This document shows, one piece after another, positions 13,062 through 24,134 of a stretch of DNA of 64,000 nucleotides (position 1 is its first letter; each line of letters opens with the position of its first letter). The notes below the pieces were generated by a model. The model was not told where the DNA came from. It ran no database searches and saw only the letters and a program-made list of their open reading frames with translations. Location of the stretch: assembly GCA_008632985.1 (NCBI GenBank), contig QPGO01000074.1:1-64000 (forward strand), in the 5' to 3' direction. The stretch comes from Psammoneis japonica (taxonomy: Eukaryota). The position numbers and the translations under genes are program-made.

Positions 13062-13731
13062 AATTCACTTGTCACCGTAGTAACAGCAGACGATGTAGTA
13101 TAGTCCTTCAAAACCAATGTTCGACGCGTGTCTTTCTTAAAAGTAGGGTCGCAATAGATGTCAACGCCGACTCAGCCCCCTTTATCCTTCATTATTCTGA
13201 AAGATGCTTTCGACAAAGCCCCCGGCGTCAGCTACGACGGCATTGCTAGCACAATGATCCAACGGCTTTGAGCCTTCTCGTGCATCAAGCGCATGGAATA
13301 TGATACCCAACACTCCAGCACAGTATCCACAGACAGCCCGAATCCCATGGCTCAAATAAGTTTATATTGAAGAGCATTGAACGTGATGTAATAAAAGAAT
13401 GTTGCCCGCAAGTCAAGCAAACCGAAGTGCCCAGATTGGAATATTTTGGAGTGAAACAATCATTAATGTGTGAGAACTTGACTTGTCAAATCATTTGTTC
13501 GAAGATCGCAGGAAGGGCATATCCTTTGCGGAGTCTAGCTTTCCTTTAAATTCCGCAGTTCTTAAAAGATGCAAAAGGCTTCTGTTCTTTCGGCACGGTA
13601 GCTCGTCCTTCGCATCATACACCATCCCAGTGCTGAGTCGCTTTGATCGAGAGCGGTGGGAGATTATTTCTTCCAACCTTCAGGGCTCGATCGTTCTATA
13701 ATTCTGAAATTTTGTGAAGAGGCTACTCCGT

Positions 13732-14996
13732 TCATTGATTCTCATCAAACTTTGCTTCATGACTATTATCCTCAGGAGTTTCGTCCACGACAATACAATC
13801 AGGAATTCCCGTCGTAGTTTCACTCTCCTGTTCCTCGTCAACTTGCGCAAGGGAAATCGAATAATCAAAGCTATCGCTTTTTGCTACACAGACATCCTCT
13901 TGGGTCGTCTCCCGATGCAGCGAGCTACTCGCATCAACAGAATACGCGTGAGAAGCGTAGACAAGGCTGCTTACATTGCGATGCCTCTGGTTGCTTGTTC
14001 CTGTATCCATGGAGGAACTGAAACCTGCAGATACACTAGCGGTATCTGGCTTTTTTGTTTTCTTTTTCTTCTTCTTCTTCCAGAATCTAGGTATAATGTA
14101 AACGACAGCGTTGAATGCTCCTTGCATCGGTACAAAGACGGATGTCAGAACGATCAACGGAAACGGCGTCTGACCGGTAATGAGCTGCACCATTCGAGTA
14201 ATGGTCGGGAATATCCATGTCAACAGGAATGCCCCACAATACAAATACCCTTGTCTGGCTACCAACCTTGTGTTTTTACGATGGACTTCCCCGTATTGTC
14301 TAGCATCCTGGTATCGGTCAAAGCGACGTTCAAGCTGCAACACGCCGCGATAGACAACGTACATGTTCACAATGACCACGAGAATCGCAGCCCATAACCA
14401 CGCGTAATACAACACCCATCGATACAAAGAGGCATTGTTTCCTCGTATACAGTTTGTTTCTCCGTTGTTTTTCCAGCTTTCTTTGCAGTCGGGGGAAAAG
14501 GCGAGATCCAACATTCCCAGCTGTCATTATTGTAAGCTTTTAAAAAATAAGCAATGGTAGACGTGGCAATACCAAAACCAAGCGACCAGGCGTGTAGAAT
14601 CGGCTCGAGCTTTGTCGCGATGCGTTTCGAGTGCCATCCAAAACGAATTTTGACCAAGTAAAACACAGACAAGGATGCATTGTACATGACCACGGCAATA
14701 CTAAACTGCGAGAACCAACCCTGTGCGTCACATGTCGCCTGATTTCCGACGGCACCCCAGACATCAGGTGTACCTTTTGGTATTGGCCACGTGGTTAGAA
14801 AAAACCAGAAGGAAACCATGACATCACAGATGCTCATTCCGAGCATTAATCTGTGATAGGATGTTGCTTTTTCTCGCTTCTTGAACAGCTTGAGAAGAAT
14901 CATGGAAATTATAAAGGAAGAACCGATTATGGAAAACATGCTGACAATCTTGGGCAGAATAACAATCGTCTTTTGCTTGGCTGTGTAGTCGCTCAT
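13732..14996 (-). CDS. 7TM GPCR-like protein (cAMP-receptor/Git3-like), with a 1-nt frameshift in the G5 run at 14491-14495
   Basis: ORFs 14367..14996 and 13732..14514 join as WECWISPFP-DCKESW; YHRLMLGMSICD, CDAQGWF and PMQGAFNAVVY motifs; seven hydrophobic segments in total. Confidence 0.8.
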
Positions 14997-15960
14997 TGTA
15001 TATCTTATCTCTTCAACGTCGCGTTACTGTAATGAAATTCGTGAACAGACCATTGCCATTGCGCGCTGTGCTGTGCTGATGGTATGGTAGTCTAACTTCC
15101 GGCATCGTCAGTCCCACTCCATGTGCAGGGGTTTGGTTATGAGTCCGAAAAACCGGGTTTATTTGGGCAGATTTCTGGTACAAAAATCACGTAGAAAATT
15201 AGGCCTCTTACATGCCGTACGTACAGTGCCGGTGCTGGCAGTGGAGCAAGCAAGGTAGTGCGGTGCAGTAGATGGAGTCACCAGTGCCTGCTCTCTCTGC
15301 TAGCTGCTAGCAGCTGGGAGTAGCTCTCTATGGTAGAGAGCAGCAGCCAGCTAGCCAGCTGCTCTAGAGCAGCTCTGCTCTCTGCTAGAGTGGCCAGAGC
15401 AGAGAGCAGCAGAGGGGGCTCCCATCCCTGAAGCGGCTGTGATGTCATGTGCAGAATCGTGCAGGCTCTGGCACAAATGCGAGTGATGATCACTTGACCC
15501 CATTCTTTGTTTGTTACAACAGGCATTGTGGCTTTCTACAGAATCGTCATCCACCAGATTTCCGCTGCCCAATTGTTTTTTACGTGGCTGGGGGTGCAAA
15601 TGGGTTTGGCCAGCACACACAGCTTTGAGCAAACAGCCGTCATGGAACGAGGTCTTTTCCACGCTGGCAAGTGCAACATTCTTTCATTGCGAGATTGTTT
15701 GTCAACAATCACTTGCCACATTTTTCCTCACAAAAAGTTAATGAAGTTTTGGGTCTCAACACAGCTGCTCATGAAAACTTGCACAAAGTGCCCAGAAGAT
15801 GCGCGCGACTGCACATTTGAGAGTTTCTTCTTGGTCTGCATTGTCAGAGTCACTGTTGGCACCCAAAGAGTCTTGAAGCCTTGAATTGAGCTCATCAAGA
15901 TCACACTTTTCCTGAATGAAAACAGAGTCCAGATGTTCTTTGGCAACACTCCACTCTTCA

Positions 15961-18900
15961 TGACAGGATTTGAACAGGATTTGGGTGCGCGCGAAATGTC
16001 GCGCGCTGTTTAGTTTACCGCGCACAGTTTTGTGTGCTTTAGTTCCGCGCGTTCGCGCGCGATGTAGTTTGCTTTCGAGCCACAAGGCTCACAAGAATAA
16101 CAACAGTGGCCCGATTGTGCCGACTCACACGTCTTTCGGCTCCTGTGACGGTCTCTGAGTGGAGACTCATCTGCCATTTAGACAGCAGCAAGGAGTTGTT
16201 GTTTGAATTCTTGCCATTTGCCTTCATTTTCTGTCAGATTGACAGTCTTGCTCATTGTCAACCCATTGAGCAACCGCCATCGTCGTCCTTGATTTACCGA
16301 CGACGCTTTCAATTCTGCGTGGACCTCCGCATGTGTTCTACGTACATCGGCAAGTCTACGCGCATTCAATGCCAGGCATCGGCAGGAAGTTAACGTCACA
16401 GTCAAGTCTCCTTGCCGCTGGATGTCTGGATTGATCACACCACCTTTCATCACTGAAGACACACATTCAACGGTCACATCCAAGTCCATCCTTGATCCTC
16501 ATCCCTTGACACACCCATTCAACGGTTAACGGTCAAGAACCCTGCATGTTCAAGGATCTTCGTCGCTGAAGACATGCACACACACACATCTTCACGGCCA
16601 AGAACTTGTGCCCACTCTTTGGGCTGCGGCTTTGCTGCCACTCTACAAGCACACCGAGTCCATTGCACCTGATCTGCCCCGGACCACTGGTGCTCTGCAG
16701 TTCCACTGGGTCCACGAGGACGACTGTGAGAGCAAGCAGCCGTGATTGCAGCCTGCGTTGGGGCGAGGGTGTTTTTCCCGCGTTTGTTCGTTCGTCCACA
16801 GCGCCCAACGCCCACGTCAACTGGCCAGCCTGATCGGGAAATCCAACCGACATAAAATGAGAACGGTTCGGGGGTCTTGTCCACCTCTGGTCAGCTTGCC
16901 TGCAGGGGTTTACAACCCGCTGCTCCACTCGCAAGCAACCCAAAGTGCCGCCAGCTGCGGGTTCGGACGTGCCGGCACAACTCTACGGACCGGATGGGAA
17001 GTTTAGCACTTGACAACGAACGGGACAGCACAACCCGGCGACTTCTGATTTTAAGACAGTCCAAGATTTCAAGTCAAGTCTGGCTCAAGTCAAGTCTTTT
17101 TCAAGCCAAGTTCCAAGTCAAAACTCGAGTCAAGATCGCGCTCTAGATTGGATCCTGTCTTTTGTTTCTGCTGCACCGTCCTCCATCATGGTTCTCACGC
17201 GACAGCAACAAACCGAAAGCTTCAAATGCATTCCAGGCACTGTGCTCAATCAAGACGATGACAGCCCTCTTTGTTCTGCCCTGTCCATCAATGGGATTGA
17301 ATCGTGCGAGGAATTGTTCACGTTCTCACCCACCCAAATTGACGCCCTCACTCACAGAGACGGCGCCAATGCAGTGCCTTTGCCACGGACCCACAGAAAC
17401 CTCCTGGCAGCTTTGATCAGCTTCTACTTTGTCAAAGTTTGCAACGGTGATGATGTGACCAATGAACCCCAGTTGCTCACACCCGACGAATTTCGCAACT
17501 GCCGCCTTGGTCCGGACTGCTTGACCTCTCTGGCCACTGGCGCAGCACCCTCCGCACCTGTGCCGAGTCCCTTTCCATCCAAACCAGGTGAACCCAGTGC
17601 CATTTTGACACCAGCCTTGCACTGTGCCGCCACTCAGGTGTCCCCTGGAAGTGGTGTCAGTCGCGCCCCGCATGTCTTGACCAACCCGCCTGCAAGCAAC
17701 CTCGGCCCAGTGCAGGATTGCAGCCCTTGCACAGGCCCGCACTTCGAGACCAGTTGGGACACTCCACCCATGGCTTCCAAAGCTGCAGTCTTTGCACCCT
17801 GCAAACCACGTGCTGCCAACCTCCACGTGTTGACCGCTGTCACCCTTCACAGTCTTCATTTGGGAAGTGATGGAGATGACAACTTGCTTCTCGCATCTCC
17901 TGATGGGGAGCCTCCTTTTCCCATCATTGAATCTGTTCACAACAGTTCAACCGGTTCATCAGATGGGGAGTTCAGGACATCCAAGCAGCTTCATTGTCTT
18001 CGGATCCTCCAAGCATGCACCATGAGACCAGGCCTCCTGACTGGATGCTCCAAGTCTCGCACCTCGAGACTGGGCCTCCTGATTGGATGCCTCAAGTCTC
18101 GCACCTCGAGACTGGGCCTCCTGATTGGATGCCTCAAGTCTCGTGCCTTGAGACCAGGCCTCCTGACTGGATGCTCCAAGTCTCGTACCTCGAGACCAGG
18201 CCTCCTGATTGGATGCCTCAAGTCTCGTACCTCGAGACCAGGCCTCCTGATTGGATGCCTCAAGTCTCGTGCCTCGAGACTGGGCCTCCTGGTTGGATCC
18301 CCCAAGTCTCGCACCTCGAGACTGGGCCTCCTGATTGGATGCCCCAAGTCTCGTGCCTCGAGACCAGGTCTCCTGATTGGATGTCCCAAGTCTCGCACCT
18401 CGAGACCAGGCCTCCTGATTGGATGCCTCAAGTCTCGTGCCTCGAGACTGGGCCTCCTGATTGGATGCCCCAAGTGTCGCACATCGAGACTGGGCCTCCT
18501 GATCGGATGCCCCAAGTCTCGTGCCTTGAGACCAGGCCTCCCAACTGGACTCTCCACGTCTTGTGCCTCGAGACCGGGCCTCCCAATTGGATCCTCCACG
18601 TCTCACACCTCAAGACTCGGCCTCCGGATTGGATCCCCCAAGTCTCGCACCTCAAGACTTGGCCTCCTGATTGGATCCCCGAAGACTCGTGTCACAAGAC
18701 TGGCAAGTCCTTGTGGATCCCAGAAGTCTTGCAGCACGGGACTGGTTGCCCCAATCAGACATCTGCAGCCTTGCACCACAAGATGTCTTGCTCCAATCTG
18801 ATCCCCGAAGGCTTGCACCTTGAGACTCGTTTCTCCAATTGGATCAGTCTCTCAGGAGATGCAGCTGAGCTTGCAATCGGACTGGTGGAACACAAGACCA

Positions 18901-19667
18901 CCGCTTGTGCCTTTGAACTCATGCTTGCTCTGTTCCCCAAGTCGTGCAAACGCCATGCCACCCTGCACGAGCACTGCTCTGTTTTTCTGGCAGCAGCCCA
19001 GTGTGGCAACCGTCCCAAGAACCAACAGACAGCCATCAGTCTTCATGACCTTCGCTCAGGAAGTGAAGGTGATGTCAACTTGTTTGCATTGTCCTGCAAT
19101 GTTGCCCCGCCGTTCAACATTGTCAACCAGACCAAGCTTTGCTCCTTCCATTGCAAGTGCGGATGTGGAATCCCACAAGATCCCAAGTGTGCCTTGAGCT
19201 TTGAAAAGCACAACGGCATCTGCAATTGGGGAGACGCAGCTCATCTCAAGATGACACGCTTGGAGAATGCAGCGTTGCTCTCGGATCTTGATCCTTTCTT
19301 GTCTCCTCATGTTTTGGTGCTTTGACTCCAAAGTTCTTCAGTCAATCCGAAGTCGAATCTGTTTCTGTGACTCCTCAAGCAAACTGGGGAGTGACAGGAT
19401 TTGAACAGGATTTGGGTGCGCGCGAAATGTCGCGCGCTGTTTGGTTCACCGCGCACAGTTTTGTGTGCTTTGGTTCCGCGCGTTCACGTGCGATGTAGTT
19501 TGCTTTCGAACCACAAGGCTCACAAAAACAACAACAGCAGCCCGATCATGCCGACTCACACGTCTTTCGGCTCCTGCAACGGTCTCTGAGCAGAGACTCA
19601 TCTGCTGTTCAGACAGCAGTGAGGAGTTGTTGTTTGAATTCTTGCCATTTGCCTTCATTTTCTGTCA
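15961..19667 (+). mobile_element. Internally deleted Ty1/copia (CoDi-like) LTR retrotransposon
   Basis: 276-bp LTRs at 15961-16236 and 19392-19667 (TGACAG...CTGTCA); 5-bp TSD CTTCA; GGGGAG before the 3' LTR; gag-like start at 17188 (MVLTRQQQ...DDDSPL); pre-RT remnant KCGCGIPQDPKCAL...NGICNWGDA near 19155. Confidence 0.92.
18020..18850 (+). repeat. 42-bp tandem repeat, about 16 good plus about 4 degenerate units, inside the copia element
   Basis: Unit ACCTCGAGACTGGGCCTCCTGATTGGATGCCTCAAGTCTCGC; 14-aa periodicity in the overlapping ORFs. Confidence 0.95.
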
Positions 19668-19807
19668 CTTCAAGAGCCTCCTTCTTTGCTTCTCAATGCT
19701 CTTCCCCAACAAACTGTCATTTGGACAAACTGGCAAAATCAAGATCTTCAGGTTCCCATCCTTCAATGTCTTGTGTGCACTGCACTGAGGCACAGCAGAG
19801 CAAAGTG

Positions 19808-20206
19808 CAGACGCGTTCCAGCCCAGGTGGGAGCTCGTAGTGCTGACGTGTGACAACAATAATTTTTGTCATCCGTCGTATGTTTCGTACGTAGATTTCT
19901 ACGTGTGACATTTAAAAAAAATTGTCCATGCTCGCTGTTTTGCGAAGCCCCAGACGTTTTATATAACAAATTTATAGAAACAATAATGCGCCAGTTACAT
20001 TCTTCAATGTCTGAAGAATGTAACTGGCTAAGTAAAAAATGATGTACTTCAATCATGTGCGAATTTGTGCGTTCGCAAAATTGCCTCATTTTCTGTTGGC
20101 GATCATTGACATTTTTATTACCGTATAATTTTACTACGGAGCTCGCACGTAGAAGTCTACGGGCCCAATGTCACACGGATTCCCACTTACGTCTGGAACG
20201 CGTCTG
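19808..20206. mobile_element. MITE of about 400 bp, possibly Tc1/mariner-type
   Basis: Perfect inverted repeat (TG)CAGACGCGTTCCAG ... CTGGAACGCGTCTG(CA); AT-rich non-coding interior. Confidence 0.75.
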
Positions 20207-20599
20207 CATCACACTTGAGGAGAGCTTTTGAGAGCTTGGCGATGTCAGTCTTCAGAGTTTCATTTGGTGCTCTGCTTTGACAACATGGGTCATCTTTGTC
20301 TTCATGTGGCATGTGGCAGCAATTGCACTCTCACCTTGTGCCATCTTCACAGTGGCTCTGCGTTTCTTCTTGTCTGACAGTTGTTTGGAAGCACCCACTG
20401 CACCAGCAACTGCATCCTTTTGCTTGAAACCAGCAAGCATGCTCAACATCATTGTGTGCATTGCAGTGCTGACAGCATTTGCAGCACTGCCATTCACCTC
20501 TGCTTCAAAGCCATCAATCAAAGCTCCAAGTGGTTTCTCAATCATCTCTTTCAATTGCAAAAAGGGTCCTCCCTTCTTTGCTCTTCCCCCCCCCCTTGC

Positions 20600-21650
20600 T
20601 GGCCTTTGCCCTTGCTCTCTTTCCCAAGCTCACCCAAGCAAGCACTCTCTCTGCTGCCCAACTCGCCCTCCCCAGTGGTGTCTTCCTTGCCCATGTGGTG
20701 ACTTGCACCCTGACCTCCTTGGAAACCATGCTTTTTCTTGCTCCAAGATGCATGAGGGTCCTTTGTTGAGCCACATCCACAATGCTGTCTGCACCACACT
20801 TGAAGCCCTTGCCCTCTTTGCGGCTTGCGCCACTCTCGCTGACAAGAAGTCCACCTCAAGCCTGCAGGACTTCTCCCCAACCATTCTCTCAAGCACCCTG
20901 CTGATGCAGGTGCTCAACTTGCTCCAAGCTCTGCACCTCCCCATGCACACTCTGTGCACCAATGTGTTGCTGTTGATGCTCCAGCTCCCCCCCTGCTCCT
21001 CCCCATTCTGCACCTGGTTTTCCCACCCCTCCCAACCAACTTGCCAAGGCTCACCTCAGCAGCACTTGGGGCGAGCTTCTTGGATGCAGCACCTCATCTT
21101 CCACAGGCTCTTCCATCATTTCTGCCACAAACCAGAGTCAGGCCTTTTCCTTCTCCCTTTTGCCCTTGACCACCTTGGCAGAATGAGCTGCCAACTTCCG
21201 CACCTTTTTCCCCATGGCTTTTCTCACACAACACCTCCTCTTCTGTTCCACCACCTCTCCTCCCAAGCCCCCCTGGAATGATCCCACTGACTTTTTGAAC
21301 TCCACCAGTGCCTCCTTTGCAGCCTGCGCCAACTCCCCCCCCCCCCCCCCCNTCCTCTCTCTGATGAAGTTTCTTGCCCCCAGTCCAGTGTCTCGACTCT
21401 GGCGGGACACACCTCTCTCCCGACCATTTTGGCTCTTCCAATCACACCTCTGCCCCTCAATCTTGGGCCACCCAACTCTTGAGCCTCAACTTTGGTCTCG
21501 CCTTTTCCAATCACCTTGCCAACTGCCAGTCCTTCCTGGCTCGGCCTCCTGCCTGCCTTAAACCTTCACCCCTCCGTCTGTCCGCACCTCCGCCCCCCTT
21601 CTGCACCTCCCATCCTGCCTTGTTGTTCCTTCCGCCTTCCGCGCGCTCTC
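20600..21650 (+). mobile_element. Decayed 3' part of an RLE-clade (CRE-like) non-LTR retrotransposon
   Basis: Zn-knuckle CPCG...DLLGNHAFSC...HN, then KPAGLLP...KHPADA, VAVD and LLPFALDHLG across frameshifts, matching the CCHC + restriction-like endonuclease layout. Confidence 0.6.
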
Positions 21651-21777
21651 CTCCTCCGCAGATTCAACATGTTTCTTTGGTTGAAAATGGCGGCGATCCT
21701 AAAAGAAAAGCACTTCTATCTCTTCTAATAGAAAGAGAGCAGCATGATGTTACTGTGATTACATGCAGGGCACAAAC

Positions 21778-22320
21778 ATGGCATTTACGTTTCGGACATC
21801 ACGTCTCCTTGTCGCTCCTTGGCATGCGTCGAGTGATGCTGCAAGCAGGAAAATGTTCTTTGAGGATCTTTCCACAATTTTGTCGCCTCGTGTTACCGAG
21901 TTTCTCCCCCCACCTCTTCACTACAACAACGATGGCGACGACAAGTGTACAGCGGAGGGGTGGGTGGGAGAGCTGGAAAAACAGGGCTGTACTACGACGA
22001 TGCACACTGTGCGGCTGCTAGAGTCGTCAAAGCCACCACCATTGGCCGGACTCTTGATTCTCGACACTGCAAGTCATGAACGAGTGATTAGAATAGGATA
22101 CTTGTTTGGAGAATCCTTTTGGGGGCACGGATTCGCGAGTGAGCTTGTCAAAGGACTTGTGGACGAAATTGAAAAGGACGGAAACTATTCTGGTTATGAG
22201 ATGATTGGTGGAGTCGAGAAAGGGAATCCAGCGTCCTCTGCTGTGCTTGTCAAGAATGGCTTTGTCGGACAAGGAGAAACTGAAGTGGGTGTAACAATGT
22301 ACCACCGAAAGATCTCTTAG
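21778..22320 (+). CDS. GNAT acetyltransferase (RimJ/RimL-like)
   Basis: FRTSRLLV start, IGYLFGESFWGHGFASE (acetyl-CoA motif A), NPASSAVLVKNGF. Confidence 0.85.
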   Translation: MAFTFRTSRLLVAPWHASSDAASRKMFFEDLSTILSPRVTEFLPPPLHYNNDGDDKCTAEGWVGELEKQGCTTTMHTVRLLESSKPPPLAGLLILDTASHERVIRIGYLFGESFWGHGFASELVKGLVDEIEKDGNYSGYEMIGGVEKGNPASSAVLVKNGFVGQGETEVGVTMYHRKIS

Positions 22321-22365
22321 AAATGAGAGAGACATCAAGACCAAAAGCGTGCAAACTAGAGGCAT

Positions 22366-24132
22366 CTAGTCTTCATCAAACAGCTCGTCAACGTTTACTC
22401 CATCTAAAGCACCAACCTGAAAGAGCGACGAAGCCTCATTTTTCTGTTCTGATGTTACAGTCCGAACCGTCTCTTCCTTATGATCATCGTCGTCATCATC
22501 CAGAAAATCCATCATGGTATCATCTTGCATAACCCATGCTGTCGTCGATAGACTTTCAGTTTGGTTAGTAGAGATTTCATTGTTCTTTGACGACTTGTCC
22601 CCTGTTTGCACAAGTTGCTCTCGTGGCTCGTCGTTTCTGACCACGCTACTGTCGTTTTGAGGTAATGGATTGATCGGCACGAGCACCTCTCTTGTCGTCC
22701 CCCCATCAGTTTCCTTGTCGGGTACGTCCAGAGCAACGACTTTTGTATTCTGTCCAACCGTACTGTCATGTTGTGCGCGACCGGGTAACTCGTTTTCCTT
22801 GCGTCTCTCAATGCGGATAGGACTTGAAGCCTCCACTGACTGCATGCGAGGCGTACTACCATGTCTTCTTTGGGCGCTTGGCAGCTTGTTTGCAGTAGCC
22901 GGAATGCCGTGATCGTCATTGGAAACTTCGATACATAGAATCTCATCTTGCGTACCTGGAGAAGCTGTGGAAATACCTGCACTAGGAGTCGGCCCTTGAG
23001 AATTGTTCTCGATGCCACCAATGGGCTGAACTTGTAGTTGCTGGTTCGGAACAACGACAGCTTCTCCCGAAATGTCACGGTTTTCGATAGATGCACCGTT
23101 ATTCACTGAAAAAGGAATGCCTACAGGCACCTCCTGTTGATGATCCGTTTGCATTATTGCAAGCACTTCTTCCGCATCCACATCTTCCTCTCCACGAATG
23201 CTGGCCCGCTGTTGCATCCACTCGAGAAACTCACCATCGGTTACCTCATCGGAGGCTTGTTGAGGAGTCCACATTTTTGATATATTGCTCTCTGAGACCA
23301 AGAGCATTCGTTCCACCGACGAGCTTCCATCCTCTGCAGAAATCGCCATGGAAACGTTTGAAAGACGCCAAACGTCACCCAAACGCACATAGTGAGGCGC
23401 TTCTTGCTCTCGTTCCACCAATTCCGGTTCCAACCAAGCCCGAATCCGGTCTCCGCATTCATCACGAAGCTCCACCGTCCAGTCGACATGACCGTGATAT
23501 TGTACAGAATGTACCAAGACAATAAGAAATTTGTTCTCCTTAAGCCTCAAGTCATGTAAACCTCGGTGTATTTCAGGCAACAAAACGTATTGAGAAGGCA
23601 CATACTCGCGTACCGAGTCATATCTCTCCAACGTTGTATAATACGACGGCAAAAACGGAGTACACAATCCAAGATCCTTTTGCATACACATCCATGCCGG
23701 ACACGAGGATATATCTTCCATTTCAACCACATTGTCTTCTTTTGTTTCATCATTGTTGTCTTGCTTTCCGGTCGAGTCGTCGCATTGCAACGAGTGCGCA
23801 CTACTACTGTGCCCCCCCTTTTTGTGCTTGGCGTGTCGATGTGAGTGATACCAAACACCGGCCGGTCCGGGTGGAGGATATCGCTTACGAGGATTGGATG
23901 CCTTTTTTGTTGGTCTTGTTTCTTCCATCGAAGGATCCACTGTCGCTTGATGGGTTACCGAGGTTTTGGGGTGATGGGATCGAGCAATTTCGCTGAAGGC
24001 ATCGTGTTGCTGTCCTGACGCACCGACGGCTGATGATTGATGTTCTCTTGTCAGAATCCCTTGATTCTGTGGAGGATTATATGTTGCAGCAAAGGCAGAA
24101 CGGTCTGAAAGGTTATCTGACGGCGGATGCAT
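22366..24132 (-). CDS. HROB: HROB/MCM8IP-like OB-fold protein
   Basis: PGPAG motif followed by the OB-fold-like segment VELRDECGDRIRAW...LGDVWRLSNVSM...LLVSESNISKMW; disordered flanks. Confidence 0.6.
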   Translation of the reverse strand: MHPPSDNLSDRSAFAATYNPPQNQGILTREHQSSAVGASGQQHDAFSEIARSHHPKTSVTHQATVDPSMEETRPTKKASNPRKRYPPPGPAGVWYHSHRHAKHKKGGHSSSAHSLQCDDSTGKQDNNDETKEDNVVEMEDISSCPAWMCMQKDLGLCTPFLPSYYTTLERYDSVREYVPSQYVLLPEIHRGLHDLRLKENKFLIVLVHSVQYHGHVDWTVELRDECGDRIRAWLEPELVEREQEAPHYVRLGDVWRLSNVSMAISAEDGSSSVERMLLVSESNISKMWTPQQASDEVTDGEFLEWMQQRASIRGEEDVDAEEVLAIMQTDHQQEVPVGIPFSVNNGASIENRDISGEAVVVPNQQLQVQPIGGIENNSQGPTPSAGISTASPGTQDEILCIEVSNDDHGIPATANKLPSAQRRHGSTPRMQSVEASSPIRIERRKENELPGRAQHDSTVGQNTKVVALDVPDKETDGGTTREVLVPINPLPQNDSSVVRNDEPREQLVQTGDKSSKNNEISTNQTESLSTTAWVMQDDTMMDFLDDDDDDHKEETVRTVTSEQKNEASSLFQVGALDGVNVDELFDED

Positions 24133-24134
24133 GG

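Larger units (their letters stand above)
6300..13400 (+). repeat. Tandem array of about 1.9-kb units (full gene + spacer + 3' fragment of type-B gene)
   Basis: Start codons at 6394, 8383, 10290, 12199 (spacing 1989, 1907, 1909); type-B fragments at about 7705-8081, 9612-9988 and 11520-11897. Confidence 0.92.

Noticed and set aside
13090..13680. Minus-strand gene remnant downstream of the array copies
   Set aside because: Only short broken frames with no motif I can name.
14480..14500. Programmed frameshifting in the GPCR-like gene
   Set aside because: A single missing base in a homopolymer, in a window with many such indels, is the simpler explanation.
15440..15960. hAT transposase remnant hosting the copia insertion
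   Set aside because: Only a faint resemblance (LAKPICTPS...NW); too decayed to call.
18020..18850. 42-bp repeat as a CRISPR array or repeat-protein gene
   Set aside because: No unique spacers and no cas genes; it lies inside an LTR element and is open in several frames only because it lacks stops.
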